From sequence record PQ900156.1: a DNA stretch of 64,000 nucleotides. One strand, written 5' to 3'. The notes under the pieces were generated by a model. That model ran no database searches, had not been told where the DNA came from, and was given only the letters and a program-made list of their open reading frames with translations. Of this stretch, positions 37,105-47,995 are shown one piece after another. How positions within the stretch are numbered: the stretch's first letter is position 1; each line of letters begins with the position of its first letter. This stretch comes from Escherichia phage vB_EcoP_ShWW44. Both the position numbers and the translations under genes were made by a program.

Positions 37105-40100
37105 TTAGTTAGTAAGATTGAGCCAAGGGTTCAGGTTATGGGCACGCAAGCCTTGACCAAAACCGAAGGAGTAACCGAGGTTGCCCTGTGCAGCAATACT
37201 AAAGATGTTGTCCTGAATAGGCAAACCAACATTACCAAACATGGTAGGGGTTGGTGCTAACATAGCCATAGCAGCATGTACTGGGTTATTACGAATCATG
37301 GACACTGCAACTTTTGCAGAACGAATCTTAAAGTTGTAGAACCACATCAGACCAACACTTTCCATATATCCACGGAAGCGACCAGGTAAACGGTCATAGT
37401 TAATGAACTCTTCTGTTACACGTCCCAGTGCCTCTTCACGAGTCTTACCTTTACGCTGAGTCAGTTCATCATAGATGATTGCTTTAGCAATAAAGTCAGA
37501 GTACTCAACTGTCTTCTGGATACCCTGGAAGAGAGCAGTATCCTTAGGGATAAGTGCATAACGACCTGCGTTACGTACAGACTTAGGCAGCTTATCAGCC
37601 AGCTTATCCATGTACTCGTGAAGTTTACCTTCAGTAATCAGGATGTCATCACGTCCAATACCTGCGTCTGCAATTGAGGAGAACTCGCCAGCTTCCAGCA
37701 GAGGCCAGATACTTAAACGCTTATGGCTATCCGTGATGGACTGAATCTCGGCCTTCAGCTTACGAATCTGGTTCGGGTTAGTAGCTGCACGTAATTCTGC
37801 TTCTGCATCTACCTGACGCAGACGAGATTTCAGGTACTGGTTAATCTCAGCAGTCTTCTGTGGAATGCTCTTAGCAATGTTCTTAACAGGCACACCACGA
37901 GCAACCATCTGGTAAAGGTTAGCCAGGAAGTTAACAGCAGGTACAACTACTGACTTAACCACAATCAGAGTCTTAGCTTCTTTAACTAAGTTCTGAACCA
38001 GGTTCTCACCACCCATTACATACTTATAGGCACGGTTACCAAATACACCCATCATAGCTTTCTTGAAGGTATCCAGTGTTTCTGGGGACCAGCGAGAATT
38101 ACCAGACCAGGCATCACCAACAGAAGCTGCACGATAACCCAGAGCATCATTGAGCATGTCACGACGTACCCACAACTCACCTGGGCCAAACAGACTTTCT
38201 GCTTTCTGACGAGTTTCACTGTTCATCAGTTTAAGAGCATCAGCAGTCACTGGGTCCAGTTTAGAACCAAGAAGGTTAACGTACTGGGACTTATTAGATG
38301 CAGACATCTTAATGTCGTTCTCATACATGCTATGCAGGTTCTCAATCAGCATATCGTTGAAACGCTGAGCCTTAGCTTCTTCCACCTGGCGACCACGCCA
38401 TACACCGATTGCACGAGCAAGATGGTTCTCACCCTCAATATGCTTCAGCATGTTAGGGTCAATAGATTGCTCATAAGCAACTACATTACCATTGGCATCA
38501 TATACAGGCAGCAGTGGTTCATTGCCACGTTCACCACGAGCCTGTGCTTTAGTGATACGGTCTACGGAAGGCTTGTCAGTAATACGACCAGCTACCATGG
38601 TTCCCATCGTAAAGCCTGTACCAAGGTCTACACCACCAGCAGTATTTCGAACGTTCTGCAGGATACCTTGTGAGAACGGAGCCTGTGCCTGTACTGGTGC
38701 AAAGTAGTAGCTACGTGCTGGTCCACGGTTAGCAGAGCTACCTTGATATGTACCCAGACGTACATAGGATTTCTCAATCAAATCAGCAAACTGACTATCT
38801 TCAGCAACAATCAGGTTAACACCTTGCTTGCTATCACTAGGTATATATCCTTTGTACTGGTTCAAGGTTGCACGACTATCAGACTTAGCTTTAGCCATTT
38901 CATCTTTACGCTGACCAACCAGGTAAGAAGTAGCAAAGTCCATGCCTTCAATTTCTGTCTGAGCCAGTGAAGATAACACCTCACGGTCAGTCTTATTCAT
39001 TGCTTCCAGTGCATACAGCGTAATGAGTTTATCCAGTTGAGCTACATCTACAACGGAACGTGTAGTCTTACGTTCACCCAGTAAACGAGAAATTGCAGTA
39101 GCATTACGCAGCAGGTTATTACCAACCGTACCATTAATCATGTACTGAGCCAGTTGCTTAGATTTACGATTAATCAGAGGCCAGTTACGTCCAGCTTGTT
39201 TCTGCAAATCTGCTTCCAGTTTATTAACCTCACGGTCAACAATCTTTTGGTCAGTCAGCAGGTCACGGATTTCATCCAGAGACATAGTATCTCGCAGAAC
39301 AGCTAAGTCAGTTTTACCCATACCAGTATGCATTGCTTTCCACTCATCATTGGTCAGCTTACGGCTGAACTTAGATGCGATAGTGGTAGGCAAATGTTCA
39401 CGGAACTGTTGACGGTCAGCCTGTACCTGTGCACGTACTGCTTTAATCAAATCATATACAGAAGCATTGCTCTTAGTACGTCCGATTATGTCATTAACCA
39501 GGTCATGGAAAGGCTGCCATACTTTACCCTGGTTCATTGCAGCCATAACACCTTCAGCTACGATTGAACCATTCTTCTCTGTAGCAATAGCAGCTACCAA
39601 TTGTGCAGCATGAGCAGCACCTTTAACCAATGGGTTCTTGGTATTAGCTGCAACTTCACGAGCACCTTCCAAAGCACGGGTAGACAGTACATCAATAGAG
39701 TCCACCAGATACTGGTTAGCACGGTCGATAGCATTACCAGTAGGTGTAGCAACGGAATCATAGAAGGACTCTGCATTAAGACTGGTCTGCATGATTGTCT
39801 GAGCCAGTGCATCCATACCTTCCTGTACGTTAGTAGCTTTAGTATCACCTGCTACACGAGCATTCAGACTAGCCATTGCAGCAGTACCGATGTTAGTCAG
39901 CATTGCGTCAACAGTATTGCCAGATTTCTTATCTGCTTTCATAACAGGAATGTCAGCCAGTACCTTACGTACTTCTTCACTTACCATTGCCAGACCAACA
40001 AAGGTAGGCAATAAAGAAGAGCGACCCTGTGCATCAAACTCAATGTTGTTAGCACCCATGATGGTATCGAACTTCTGCTGTGCATAGTAACGGTCAGCAG

Positions 40101-43100
40101 GGTTAGTACTATCTGGGTCAGCCATGAACGATTCAACAGTTAGGTTCTTAGTAACATGTGTGTAGTATTCCTGTGCACGAGCCATAGCAGCAGGGTTAAT
40201 AGCAGCCTCAGTAGCCAGTGCAGCAACGATGTTAGTGAAGAGACGCTGTTCCTGCATATTCATGGTGAAGCCATGGGCCTGAACATCACGGGTTACTTTG
40301 GTTGCATTTACTACTGCATCAGAGAACTTACCTTTACGAATTACTTGCTGTACTGGTTCTGAACCAATGTAGTCAGTAATCAGCTTATCAAAGGTCTTAC
40401 CTAACTCTTCCAGACGAGTATTGTCACCATATGCTTTGTTATGGAACAGGGTAGTGTCTTTGGCTACAGCAGCAGTAGGAGCTTGTCCACGCATTACTAC
40501 AGCAGAGTTAAACAGTAGGCCAGAGAACATATCATCTGCATTAGCCGGAGCTTTCTTACGTCCAAATACCAGACGCTTGATTGCTTCATATACAGCCTGA
40601 ACCATAGCTTTAAGTGCAGTGGTTTTCTTCTGCTTACCAATCAGTTCACGGTTGGTTAAACCCCAGGCCATGTACTCATTTAGTGCAGCAGCTTTAGCCA
40701 TTGCTGGTTCAATAAAGCCATTGGACAGGTGACCGTTAATGGTATTGAGTGCATCAGCATATGCTTCACGTACTGCCGGAGATTCATCCTTAACATCCAG
40801 AGCACGAAACTGGTTCATCAGGTCTTCAATATTCTGAACTGCTTCATTAGGAGTACCTTCATAATGAGCCAGTACAGATTCAAAAGTAGAGGCATGTACC
40901 AACTCATGAACCAGAGTCTCTAAGGAAGGGGTAACTAAATAGATGGTCTTATCTTCAAAGTTAGTCCAGCCGTATGCATTACCAGCTTCAGCAGCTTCAA
41001 TATCTTCCGGTGCTGGGCGAGTAATATTCTTCTCAATAGCATAGGCATCCAATTGAGCAGGTGTACCATAAACAACCTTATAGTCTTTAGCAGCGAGAGA
41101 TTTCTGTATTTCTTTCAGTACTGCTTGCTGTTCAGGAGACATCTCTTTAGCCAGCTTAGAGATAGCAGTATTAGACAGCAGACGTACACCAGACTTCAGT
41201 ACACGACCAACCTGTTCCATTGCTGGTACTTCTTTCACTGGTTCTGCTTTAGTAGCACGTACTGCATCACGACGCTTGTTTAATTCAGCATCAAACAGTT
41301 CGTTTAGCTTAGCTACTTGCTGGTCTACAGTAAGACCTTCCAGAGAGATTTTACCGTTGTTCACATAAGGAGCACCAACAGCAGCCATCTGGTCAACGGT
41401 GACTTGTACCTGGTCCATTACCTTGTGACGAATATCTACACCCAAAGCAATGTTACGCAGATTGCGTTCAATTAATGCAATACCAGAATCTTTAATCATA
41501 GAAATTTTATAATCTCTATCACCATCTACTCTGGTAATCTGAGCACGCTGGTCATACTCCAGAGCAGATTTAGCGATAGCCTGTTTGGTTTCATCAGACA
41601 GTTTGCTGAAATCTACGTTCTTATGAAACTTAGCAAAGGAGTCATAAACATTCTTGATAGGATTACCCTGCCAGGAAGTATATACAGCCTCATTAGCTTT
41701 ACGACTTGCGTCAGTGATGTCATTGATACCAATGTTCATACCATCAAAGATTTTCAGGGTATTCTTCGGAGCACCTTTCATAGTAGAAAGGGTCTGCATC
41801 ATCATGCCATCACCAGTACCGATGGTCATAAACGGAATACCTGCAACACCTGCCTGTGAAGGAGCATAGATGCTCATTGGCACACGCATACGGTCATCTA
41901 AGTTGGTAGCCAATACTTGGTTAGCAACATCAGTATTCTCGCTACCAGCAATGTAGAAAGTCTGGGAACCAGTCTCAATCATTGGAGCCAGTGGAGATAA
42001 GTGATTCTGAATTTCATTCAGTTCTTTCTGAGTTAAGAAATCACCTTTCTTCCATGTTGGGTCTTTTTCTTTTTCTGCCAGTTTAGCCTGTACTGCCTGT
42101 TGGAACATATCCTGCAATACCAGTGATTGAATCTGAGTAGCCTTCTGCAAATTTTCAGTAGAGTACATCAGACCTTCACCAACAGTATTTCGGATACCAT
42201 GTCGCATTGGCTCAACGAACAAGTGAAGCATGTTCTCTTGTAAGTTCTTCAGAGCATTACCGGATACAGTAAACTTCTGAGGGTCTAATTTACCGGTCAG
42301 AGCACCTTCTACCTGCTGAATAGACAACTCACCTTTACGCATAACTGGAACATTGCCAGTTAGTGCTTCCATAGAAGTAAGGAAAGTATCCAGCATAGCC
42401 TGAGCATCGGCCTCAGACGCAGCCTCCTTACCAAACATAGCCATAGCCGGGGAAATGCTAGGGTCAGCAGCACGGGCTTGCAGAACGTCACTGAAGCGTT
42501 CATAGATGGTATCAGTAATTGCACTAACCATTTTGCCAGCAATACCACGAGCACCTGAACCATAAATGGTAATGGTCAGTGGGTTTTTAGCGATACCGCG
42601 TTTCAGGTCCAGAGTACCATCTTCCTTAAGATTGAAGTCTTTAATGAATAGGTCCATTAACTTCTGGAGATGCTTCATCTGGTTCGTAACAGGAACGTTG
42701 TTACGATAAGTATTACGCAATTCATTCAGATGCCTTTGTAGACTATTAGTGGATGCTTCATACAGGTCAACGCTGTCCTCATGCGAATGATGCTCGTTCA
42801 TAGTCTTGCCAGCTTTACCGAAGAACAAGCCACCTTTAGCAGTATTCTTAATCCAGTCTGGAGTGAACTTACCACCCGTCATTAATACCATTGCGTTGAT
42901 TGGTCCGTTGGTTACACCATCAGCTTCAACGTACAGTGGGGTATTAAAGTTGGCACGGTCATCACTGTTAAGATAACAGGCATACTCCATCAGAGCCATG
43001 AGAGCTACAAATGATTTATCATTACCCAAAGGGGTCTTCAGAATATCCACAGCATCAGTAGGTAAGTGCCCAGACTTATCAAACTCAACCATCATATCAA

Positions 43101-46100
43101 CGGCAGGTTTCAATTTACCTTCCAGAGCTTTAGTCAGCTCATCCGACATAACTTCACGGGACATTTTATGAACTTTGATACCCAATGCCTGAGCCAGTCC
43201 AAGCTGGAAGTCAGAGAAGTCTTGACTGTTTTCATTACTTAAGTCGATGGTAGAGAAAGTTGGTAGGATTGCTTCACGTACCAGCTTAGCTGATTGTGGG
43301 TTGTTCTTACCAAGCATCTGCATACGACCTACACGGGTCATGTTGTAGCCGTAGTGAATAGGTGTAGTGCCAATGTCTTCTCTCTGTTCCTTAATCTGAT
43401 TGATAACACCAAACAATGGAATCTTTGCATGGACTACGGACAGGTTCTTACCTTCCAGAGATTTAGCAGTATTCACATTCAGCAATTCTGGGGTAAGAGC
43501 ACCAGCACCCATCAGTTCCAGAATGTTGTCACGACCCATTGCTTCATAGAAGTTAACCATAGGCATATGTACACGGAACTCTGTAGCCTGTTCTGCCTTA
43601 AGGGCAGCTTTCTGTTCCGGGGTATTCTTAACAGCCGGGTTACGTAACTGAGTTTGAGCCACAGAAGGGATATCATCACCCAGGTACAGTTTCTCTTCTG
43701 GTTCTAAAAGGACAGCTTCCTCAATAGCAGTAGGGAATTTGTTAATGGCATCGTTATCATCTAACTTCTCAATGGTATACAGACCAACAGTCTTATTAGA
43801 TTCTGGGTCAATCTCAGACACATCCAGCATAGACTCTTTAACTTCACCCATCTCAATGAGAGAAGACAGAATCTCTGTAGCCATTGCCATTGGGATACCC
43901 TTGGTATAACCCAGAGGTGCATTAGGATTACGATTAAGTCCCCAGTAAGATTCAATCTTTTGAGCCAATGAGTTAGTAGCTTCAACCAGAGTCTGAGCAT
44001 TCTCGAAGTCAGCCAGAATACCTTCAGGTAACAGGGATGCTTCTACACCAGTAATAGCAGCTACGTCTTTCATGTCTTTAATGGCAGCATTCTGTGTAGC
44101 AGTTAATCGCCATTGCAGACCAGCAAGTACAGCAGTCTCTAACAACTGGTCATTGAACTTAAAGGTGTCACCATCTTTCTCTACGATGTTAAGTAACTTA
44201 CCACCTACCCAACGGTTGGCCTCAGTACCTTCTGCAAAACGTTTACCAACGTTCTTGTTAGAAAGGAACTTAGCAAGACGGTCAGACAGAGTAGTCTTCA
44301 GAGTTTCACCAAAATCAAACAAGTCCTGATAACGCTTAATCACATCACTTGTGAGAGCGTTATTTTCTTTTTGAGTAAATGCTTCAAAGCGAGCAGCAGA
44401 AGACAGTGCTTTCTTAACATCAGTCAAAGGAGACACAGAACCAATGGTACGAGACTTAGGTTCTTCTGGCAGAGAAAATGCTTTAAGGAACTGGTTCGGT
44501 GTCTTGTCATTGTTATAGACAGGGAACACTGTTTCCATTTCCGATAGAGGTTTACCACCAACAGTATAGTCTGCTTTCAGTTGAGCCAGTGATACTTCTT
44601 CTTTCTCAACGTTATTGGTATTAAGCCCAGATGTATCTACACCAATCTGAATCAGTGCATTGTTTGCTTCTACGAATGATTGAACAGTATTGAATTGTTC
44701 AGCAGTTAGCTTCTGATTATCAAACAATTGCAGAGATACGAACGGTTGCTCACTACCTTTATAGAAAGTAGAACGTACAGCACCAGTATCCAGAGACATG
44801 TCACGATAACCATCATGACCAAATACGTCAGACAGACTGATATGGTCGCCATTGGAACCAACAACAGTACCATCAGCGAATAGCCATGGACTATCTCTAC
44901 GGTCACCATACTTATTAAGAGTATCTTGTGAAATAGTATTCTCTTTCACATAAGAATCTCTTTCAGATTCAGTAGGCTGTTCAACGATATCCTGTTTTTC
45001 AGACTGGTTCTCAGGTTCTTTTACAGTCTGTGGTTTAGACTCTTTAATAGTAGGTTCTGTTTTAACAGCTTCACTAACAGAGGGTTTAGTCTGTACAGTA
45101 GGGGTAACTGGTTCCTGTTTCGTAACAGGAGTTTCATCAACCTGATTCACTGGTTCATTAGTCTGTTGGGATTGAGCAGCATCAAGATTGCCCTGACGGA
45201 ACTCTTTAACTACCTGGGCAGCAGGTTTGTCCAGACGTGAATCCAATGGGGTAACTTTCACATGAGAAACATTAAGCTCCGGGTAAGCCGTAGCAAGTGC
45301 GTTAGCAATATCAGCTACGGTTTTGGCCTCCAGTCCTACTTGCTGGGCAAACTTAACAGACTTGGTATCATACGGATTGACACCGAGGCCAGTACGACTA
45401 CGTACCCATTCACGCGAGGGAGTAAGAGCCTGATAATGGACAGACTTATTCTTATCCGCATTCCCAGAAATCAGATGCTCATTCAACGCTCCGACCTTAT
45501 TCTGCATGTGCTGGGCGAACTTCATAAAGTCGTCGAGATAAGCGGAGGCCAAATCGAAGTTACCAGAGTTGTACGCAGAACGAATGCGTTTAGCATGTTG
45601 CAACGCAGAGTACTGGCCTTCATTAGAACGAGATTCGTCGGTTTTAATCTGTTTACTAACAATGTCTTGAGGACGTAAGCCTAGTTCTTCTGCTTTAGCG
45701 TCAAATTCTCGTGCTCCTTGCAATAGAGCAGCAGCAGATTGCAGGGCAGCACGCTGACGATTCCCCAGTGTAATCTTACCTTCACTTGCATGTTTCAGAA
45801 CCATGTTCACTGAATCTGCATCCAGTACTTCTGGAGACATATCAGCAGCCATAGCAATGTTGTTTGCCTGGGCTTGGTTAGCTTCTTCGGTAGCTTTCAG
45901 TTTACCTGCTTCAGCCTGTTCCTGAATCATGGAATGGATGGCACGGAATGCACGGAGTACCTTCGGTGTATTCTGTACATTAGCCATCAGACCAGAGAAC
46001 TGGTCAACGATATTAGCAGCAGGAGAACCCTGTTCCAGATTAGCCAGAGCACCCGGGTCACGGTTAATGAAGCTATCCATAGACATAATGTTGTCATACA

Positions 46101-47892
46101 TCTGGATTGCAGCTTCCATTTGAACGTTAGGGTCTTCGGCAGTATTAACCAGGTCAGCCATCTTCTGAATAGCTTCAACACGGTTAGTGGAACCAGAAAC
46201 AGCTTCACGGATTGCTGGACTAGCTTGCTCCAGTTCTACTGGGTCAAACTTCATTACCTGAGTTAAGTCAGCAGCATACTGTGTAGCAGCAGCTTTCTCT
46301 TCAGGAGAAATATCCATTGCATCCACTGCTTCCTGAACAGTTGCTTGTGCTTGTTCTGCCTGAGCAGTAGCTTCTTGTGCAGCAGCGTTAACCGTAGCGT
46401 CTGATACAGGGGATGCTTGTTCGTTACGCTTAGCAACTTCTTCACCACGCTGAACCAGGATGTTAGTAATAGGAGAAGCTACTTTTGCTAGTGCCTTACC
46501 AGCCAAAGAAGCACCAGCCAGGGTAGTACGTACAGCAGGACCAACGGCAGCACCAGCAGCCTTAACAGTTGCACCAGGAGCTTGAGCAACTCCAGCAGAA
46601 CCAAAGCCATACAATGCACCAAGACCAGTTTGTTCACCCACACCTTTAAGCAAATCACGCTTAGCATCTACATTACCCTGAATTGCCTTGTTCTGTGCGA
46701 ACTGACTTGTACCAGACTGGATACCTTCTTCTACAGTCTCACGCAACATGTTAGAACCAGCACCAACCAGTGAACCTACCTTAAGTGGGTTAAGTTCAAA
46801 CTTGGATACCAGTGGACCAGTAAGAGCAGCAACCGGAGCAGTTAAGCCAGCAGCAGTGATACCTGTTTCAGACGCAGTTTGACGACGTGCTTCTTCAGGA
46901 GATAAACCATCTTTAATATGCTGTTGGTATACAGGGGATTTAGCAGCCAGTTCACTGAACGGCATTTCCATAATTTCATTAGCAGTCTGTTGGTATGCTC
47001 CACCAGCTTCCATTCCACCAATTGCTATAGCAGGCGCAGCAACACGACCAGTAGCCATTGCAACCTGTGCAGGACGTGAACCTAACTCAGCAGCTAGGGT
47101 AATACCCTTAACAGCTTTATCACCACCTACCATTACTTTACCGAGAGCAGATACACCACGGATAAGTGGACCACCGGTAAACAGAGAACCAACACCCTCA
47201 GCCAGACCATCTGTAGCAGCCATGCCATTGGACAAAGTGTTAGCAACTGAATCGTAAGCATCACGACCAATGCGAGACAGAGAAGCAACGAGTTCACTTT
47301 CTCCTTTATCAATATCCTGCTTATAGAGTTTCTCGTTTTCCTGAGCAGATATTACGTTCTGGTTCTGTACTACATTACGACGAGCATTCAGTGCATCAGA
47401 CTGTAGGTTGTGTACACCTTTATTCAACCAGTCAAGACCGGAAGCAATGGATGCCCCGGCATTATCATTGACCAAACCTGTACCAAGAGCAGCAATGCCC
47501 CCAAGGGTATTAGCAACACCAAGACCAACACCAGAAAGGGTATCACCAAGTGCTTCACCATATGTACGACTCTTAGTTAAATCACGACGAACAGCATTAG
47601 CTGCATTGACACGAGCATTGAGAATATCCATTCCTTGCTCATTGCCATACTTGTTTATGATTTCAAGAGGGGAGGCATTAGTAAAATCTGCCTGAATAGA
47701 ACCTGGTTCAAATGCACCAGCACCTAAATCACCGGCACGGCCTGCCTGTAACTGGTAGGCGTTCTGTGGGGTTAATTGGAAAGGGCTTTGCCCTTGTTCA
47801 GCTTGTTTCCGAGAGGTTGCAGTAGAGACATCGACTTGCTTAGCAGTAGTGATGCTGTCTGCGAAACCTGCCAGACGGTCAAATGTTGACAT
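37105..47892 (-). CDS. virion-encapsidated RNA polymerase (N4 vRNAP-like), about 3,595 aa
   Basis: Single ORF of about 10.8 kb, diagnostic for N4-like phages; motif-A-like DGVTNG; track start is TTG at 47910, ATG at 47892 has AGGAA SD. Confidence 0.9.
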   Translation of the reverse strand: MSTFDRLAGFADSITTAKQVDVSTATSRKQAEQGQSPFQLTPQNAYQLQAGRAGDLGAGAFEPGSIQADFTNASPLEIINKYGNEQGMDILNARVNAANAVRRDLTKSRTYGEALGDTLSGVGLGVANTLGGIAALGTGLVNDNAGASIASGLDWLNKGVHNLQSDALNARRNVVQNQNVISAQENEKLYKQDIDKGESELVASLSRIGRDAYDSVANTLSNGMAATDGLAEGVGSLFTGGPLIRGVSALGKVMVGGDKAVKGITLAAELGSRPAQVAMATGRVAAPAIAIGGMEAGGAYQQTANEIMEMPFSELAAKSPVYQQHIKDGLSPEEARRQTASETGITAAGLTAPVAALTGPLVSKFELNPLKVGSLVGAGSNMLRETVEEGIQSGTSQFAQNKAIQGNVDAKRDLLKGVGEQTGLGALYGFGSAGVAQAPGATVKAAGAAVGPAVRTTLAGASLAGKALAKVASPITNILVQRGEEVAKRNEQASPVSDATVNAAAQEATAQAEQAQATVQEAVDAMDISPEEKAAATQYAADLTQVMKFDPVELEQASPAIREAVSGSTNRVEAIQKMADLVNTAEDPNVQMEAAIQMYDNIMSMDSFINRDPGALANLEQGSPAANIVDQFSGLMANVQNTPKVLRAFRAIHSMIQEQAEAGKLKATEEANQAQANNIAMAADMSPEVLDADSVNMVLKHASEGKITLGNRQRAALQSAAALLQGAREFDAKAEELGLRPQDIVSKQIKTDESRSNEGQYSALQHAKRIRSAYNSGNFDLASAYLDDFMKFAQHMQNKVGALNEHLISGNADKNKSVHYQALTPSREWVRSRTGLGVNPYDTKSVKFAQQVGLEAKTVADIANALATAYPELNVSHVKVTPLDSRLDKPAAQVVKEFRQGNLDAAQSQQTNEPVNQVDETPVTKQEPVTPTVQTKPSVSEAVKTEPTIKESKPQTVKEPENQSEKQDIVEQPTESERDSYVKENTISQDTLNKYGDRRDSPWLFADGTVVGSNGDHISLSDVFGHDGYRDMSLDTGAVRSTFYKGSEQPFVSLQLFDNQKLTAEQFNTVQSFVEANNALIQIGVDTSGLNTNNVEKEEVSLAQLKADYTVGGKPLSEMETVFPVYNNDKTPNQFLKAFSLPEEPKSRTIGSVSPLTDVKKALSSAARFEAFTQKENNALTSDVIKRYQDLFDFGETLKTTLSDRLAKFLSNKNVGKRFAEGTEANRWVGGKLLNIVEKDGDTFKFNDQLLETAVLAGLQWRLTATQNAAIKDMKDVAAITGVEASLLPEGILADFENAQTLVEATNSLAQKIESYWGLNRNPNAPLGYTKGIPMAMATEILSSLIEMGEVKESMLDVSEIDPESNKTVGLYTIEKLDDNDAINKFPTAIEEAVLLEPEEKLYLGDDIPSVAQTQLRNPAVKNTPEQKAALKAEQATEFRVHMPMVNFYEAMGRDNILELMGAGALTPELLNVNTAKSLEGKNLSVVHAKIPLFGVINQIKEQREDIGTTPIHYGYNMTRVGRMQMLGKNNPQSAKLVREAILPTFSTIDLSNENSQDFSDFQLGLAQALGIKVHKMSREVMSDELTKALEGKLKPAVDMMVEFDKSGHLPTDAVDILKTPLGNDKSFVALMALMEYACYLNSDDRANFNTPLYVEADGVTNGPINAMVLMTGGKFTPDWIKNTAKGGLFFGKAGKTMNEHHSHEDSVDLYEASTNSLQRHLNELRNTYRNNVPVTNQMKHLQKLMDLFIKDFNLKEDGTLDLKRGIAKNPLTITIYGSGARGIAGKMVSAITDTIYERFSDVLQARAADPSISPAMAMFGKEAASEADAQAMLDTFLTSMEALTGNVPVMRKGELSIQQVEGALTGKLDPQKFTVSGNALKNLQENMLHLFVEPMRHGIRNTVGEGLMYSTENLQKATQIQSLVLQDMFQQAVQAKLAEKEKDPTWKKGDFLTQKELNEIQNHLSPLAPMIETGSQTFYIAGSENTDVANQVLATNLDDRMRVPMSIYAPSQAGVAGIPFMTIGTGDGMMMQTLSTMKGAPKNTLKIFDGMNIGINDITDASRKANEAVYTSWQGNPIKNVYDSFAKFHKNVDFSKLSDETKQAIAKSALEYDQRAQITRVDGDRDYKISMIKDSGIALIERNLRNIALGVDIRHKVMDQVQVTVDQMAAVGAPYVNNGKISLEGLTVDQQVAKLNELFDAELNKRRDAVRATKAEPVKEVPAMEQVGRVLKSGVRLLSNTAISKLAKEMSPEQQAVLKEIQKSLAAKDYKVVYGTPAQLDAYAIEKNITRPAPEDIEAAEAGNAYGWTNFEDKTIYLVTPSLETLVHELVHASTFESVLAHYEGTPNEAVQNIEDLMNQFRALDVKDESPAVREAYADALNTINGHLSNGFIEPAMAKAAALNEYMAWGLTNRELIGKQKKTTALKAMVQAVYEAIKRLVFGRKKAPANADDMFSGLLFNSAVVMRGQAPTAAVAKDTTLFHNKAYGDNTRLEELGKTFDKLITDYIGSEPVQQVIRKGKFSDAVVNATKVTRDVQAHGFTMNMQEQRLFTNIVAALATEAAINPAAMARAQEYYTHVTKNLTVESFMADPDSTNPADRYYAQQKFDTIMGANNIEFDAQGRSSLLPTFVGLAMVSEEVRKVLADIPVMKADKKSGNTVDAMLTNIGTAAMASLNARVAGDTKATNVQEGMDALAQTIMQTSLNAESFYDSVATPTGNAIDRANQYLVDSIDVLSTRALEGAREVAANTKNPLVKGAAHAAQLVAAIATEKNGSIVAEGVMAAMNQGKVWQPFHDLVNDIIGRTKSNASVYDLIKAVRAQVQADRQQFREHLPTTIASKFSRKLTNDEWKAMHTGMGKTDLAVLRDTMSLDEIRDLLTDQKIVDREVNKLEADLQKQAGRNWPLINRKSKQLAQYMINGTVGNNLLRNATAISRLLGERKTTRSVVDVAQLDKLITLYALEAMNKTDREVLSSLAQTEIEGMDFATSYLVGQRKDEMAKAKSDSRATLNQYKGYIPSDSKQGVNLIVAEDSQFADLIEKSYVRLGTYQGSSANRGPARSYYFAPVQAQAPFSQGILQNVRNTAGGVDLGTGFTMGTMVAGRITDKPSVDRITKAQARGERGNEPLLPVYDANGNVVAYEQSIDPNMLKHIEGENHLARAIGVWRGRQVEEAKAQRFNDMLIENLHSMYENDIKMSASNKSQYVNLLGSKLDPVTADALKLMNSETRQKAESLFGPGELWVRRDMLNDALGYRAASVGDAWSGNSRWSPETLDTFKKAMMGVFGNRAYKYVMGGENLVQNLVKEAKTLIVVKSVVVPAVNFLANLYQMVARGVPVKNIAKSIPQKTAEINQYLKSRLRQVDAEAELRAATNPNQIRKLKAEIQSITDSHKRLSIWPLLEAGEFSSIADAGIGRDDILITEGKLHEYMDKLADKLPKSVRNAGRYALIPKDTALFQGIQKTVEYSDFIAKAIIYDELTQRKGKTREEALGRVTEEFINYDRLPGRFRGYMESVGLMWFYNFKIRSAKVAVSMIRNNPVHAAMAMLAPTPTMFGNVGLPIQDNIFSIAAQGNLGYSFGFGQGLRAHNLNPWLNLTN

Positions 47893-47958
47893 AGCAAGAT
47901 TCCTGTTCAAACTTATATCGTATAAGAAGATTCACTGTACAGTAAGTGAATGTAAGAG

Positions 47959-47980
47959 AAAAGCCCCGGATGGGGCTTTA
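47959..47980 (-). terminator. hairpin (AAGCCCC-GGAT-GGGGCTT) between virion-protein gene and vRNAP start; possible terminator/attenuator
   Basis: Read directly; U-run on minus strand is weak. Confidence 0.4.
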
Positions 47981-47995
47981 TTAGTATGTAAGATT

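Noticed and set aside
38332-47695. Numerous plus-strand ORFs (60-138 aa) inside the vRNAP gene
   Set aside because: Shadow ORFs antisense to a well-supported 10.8 kb coding frame.
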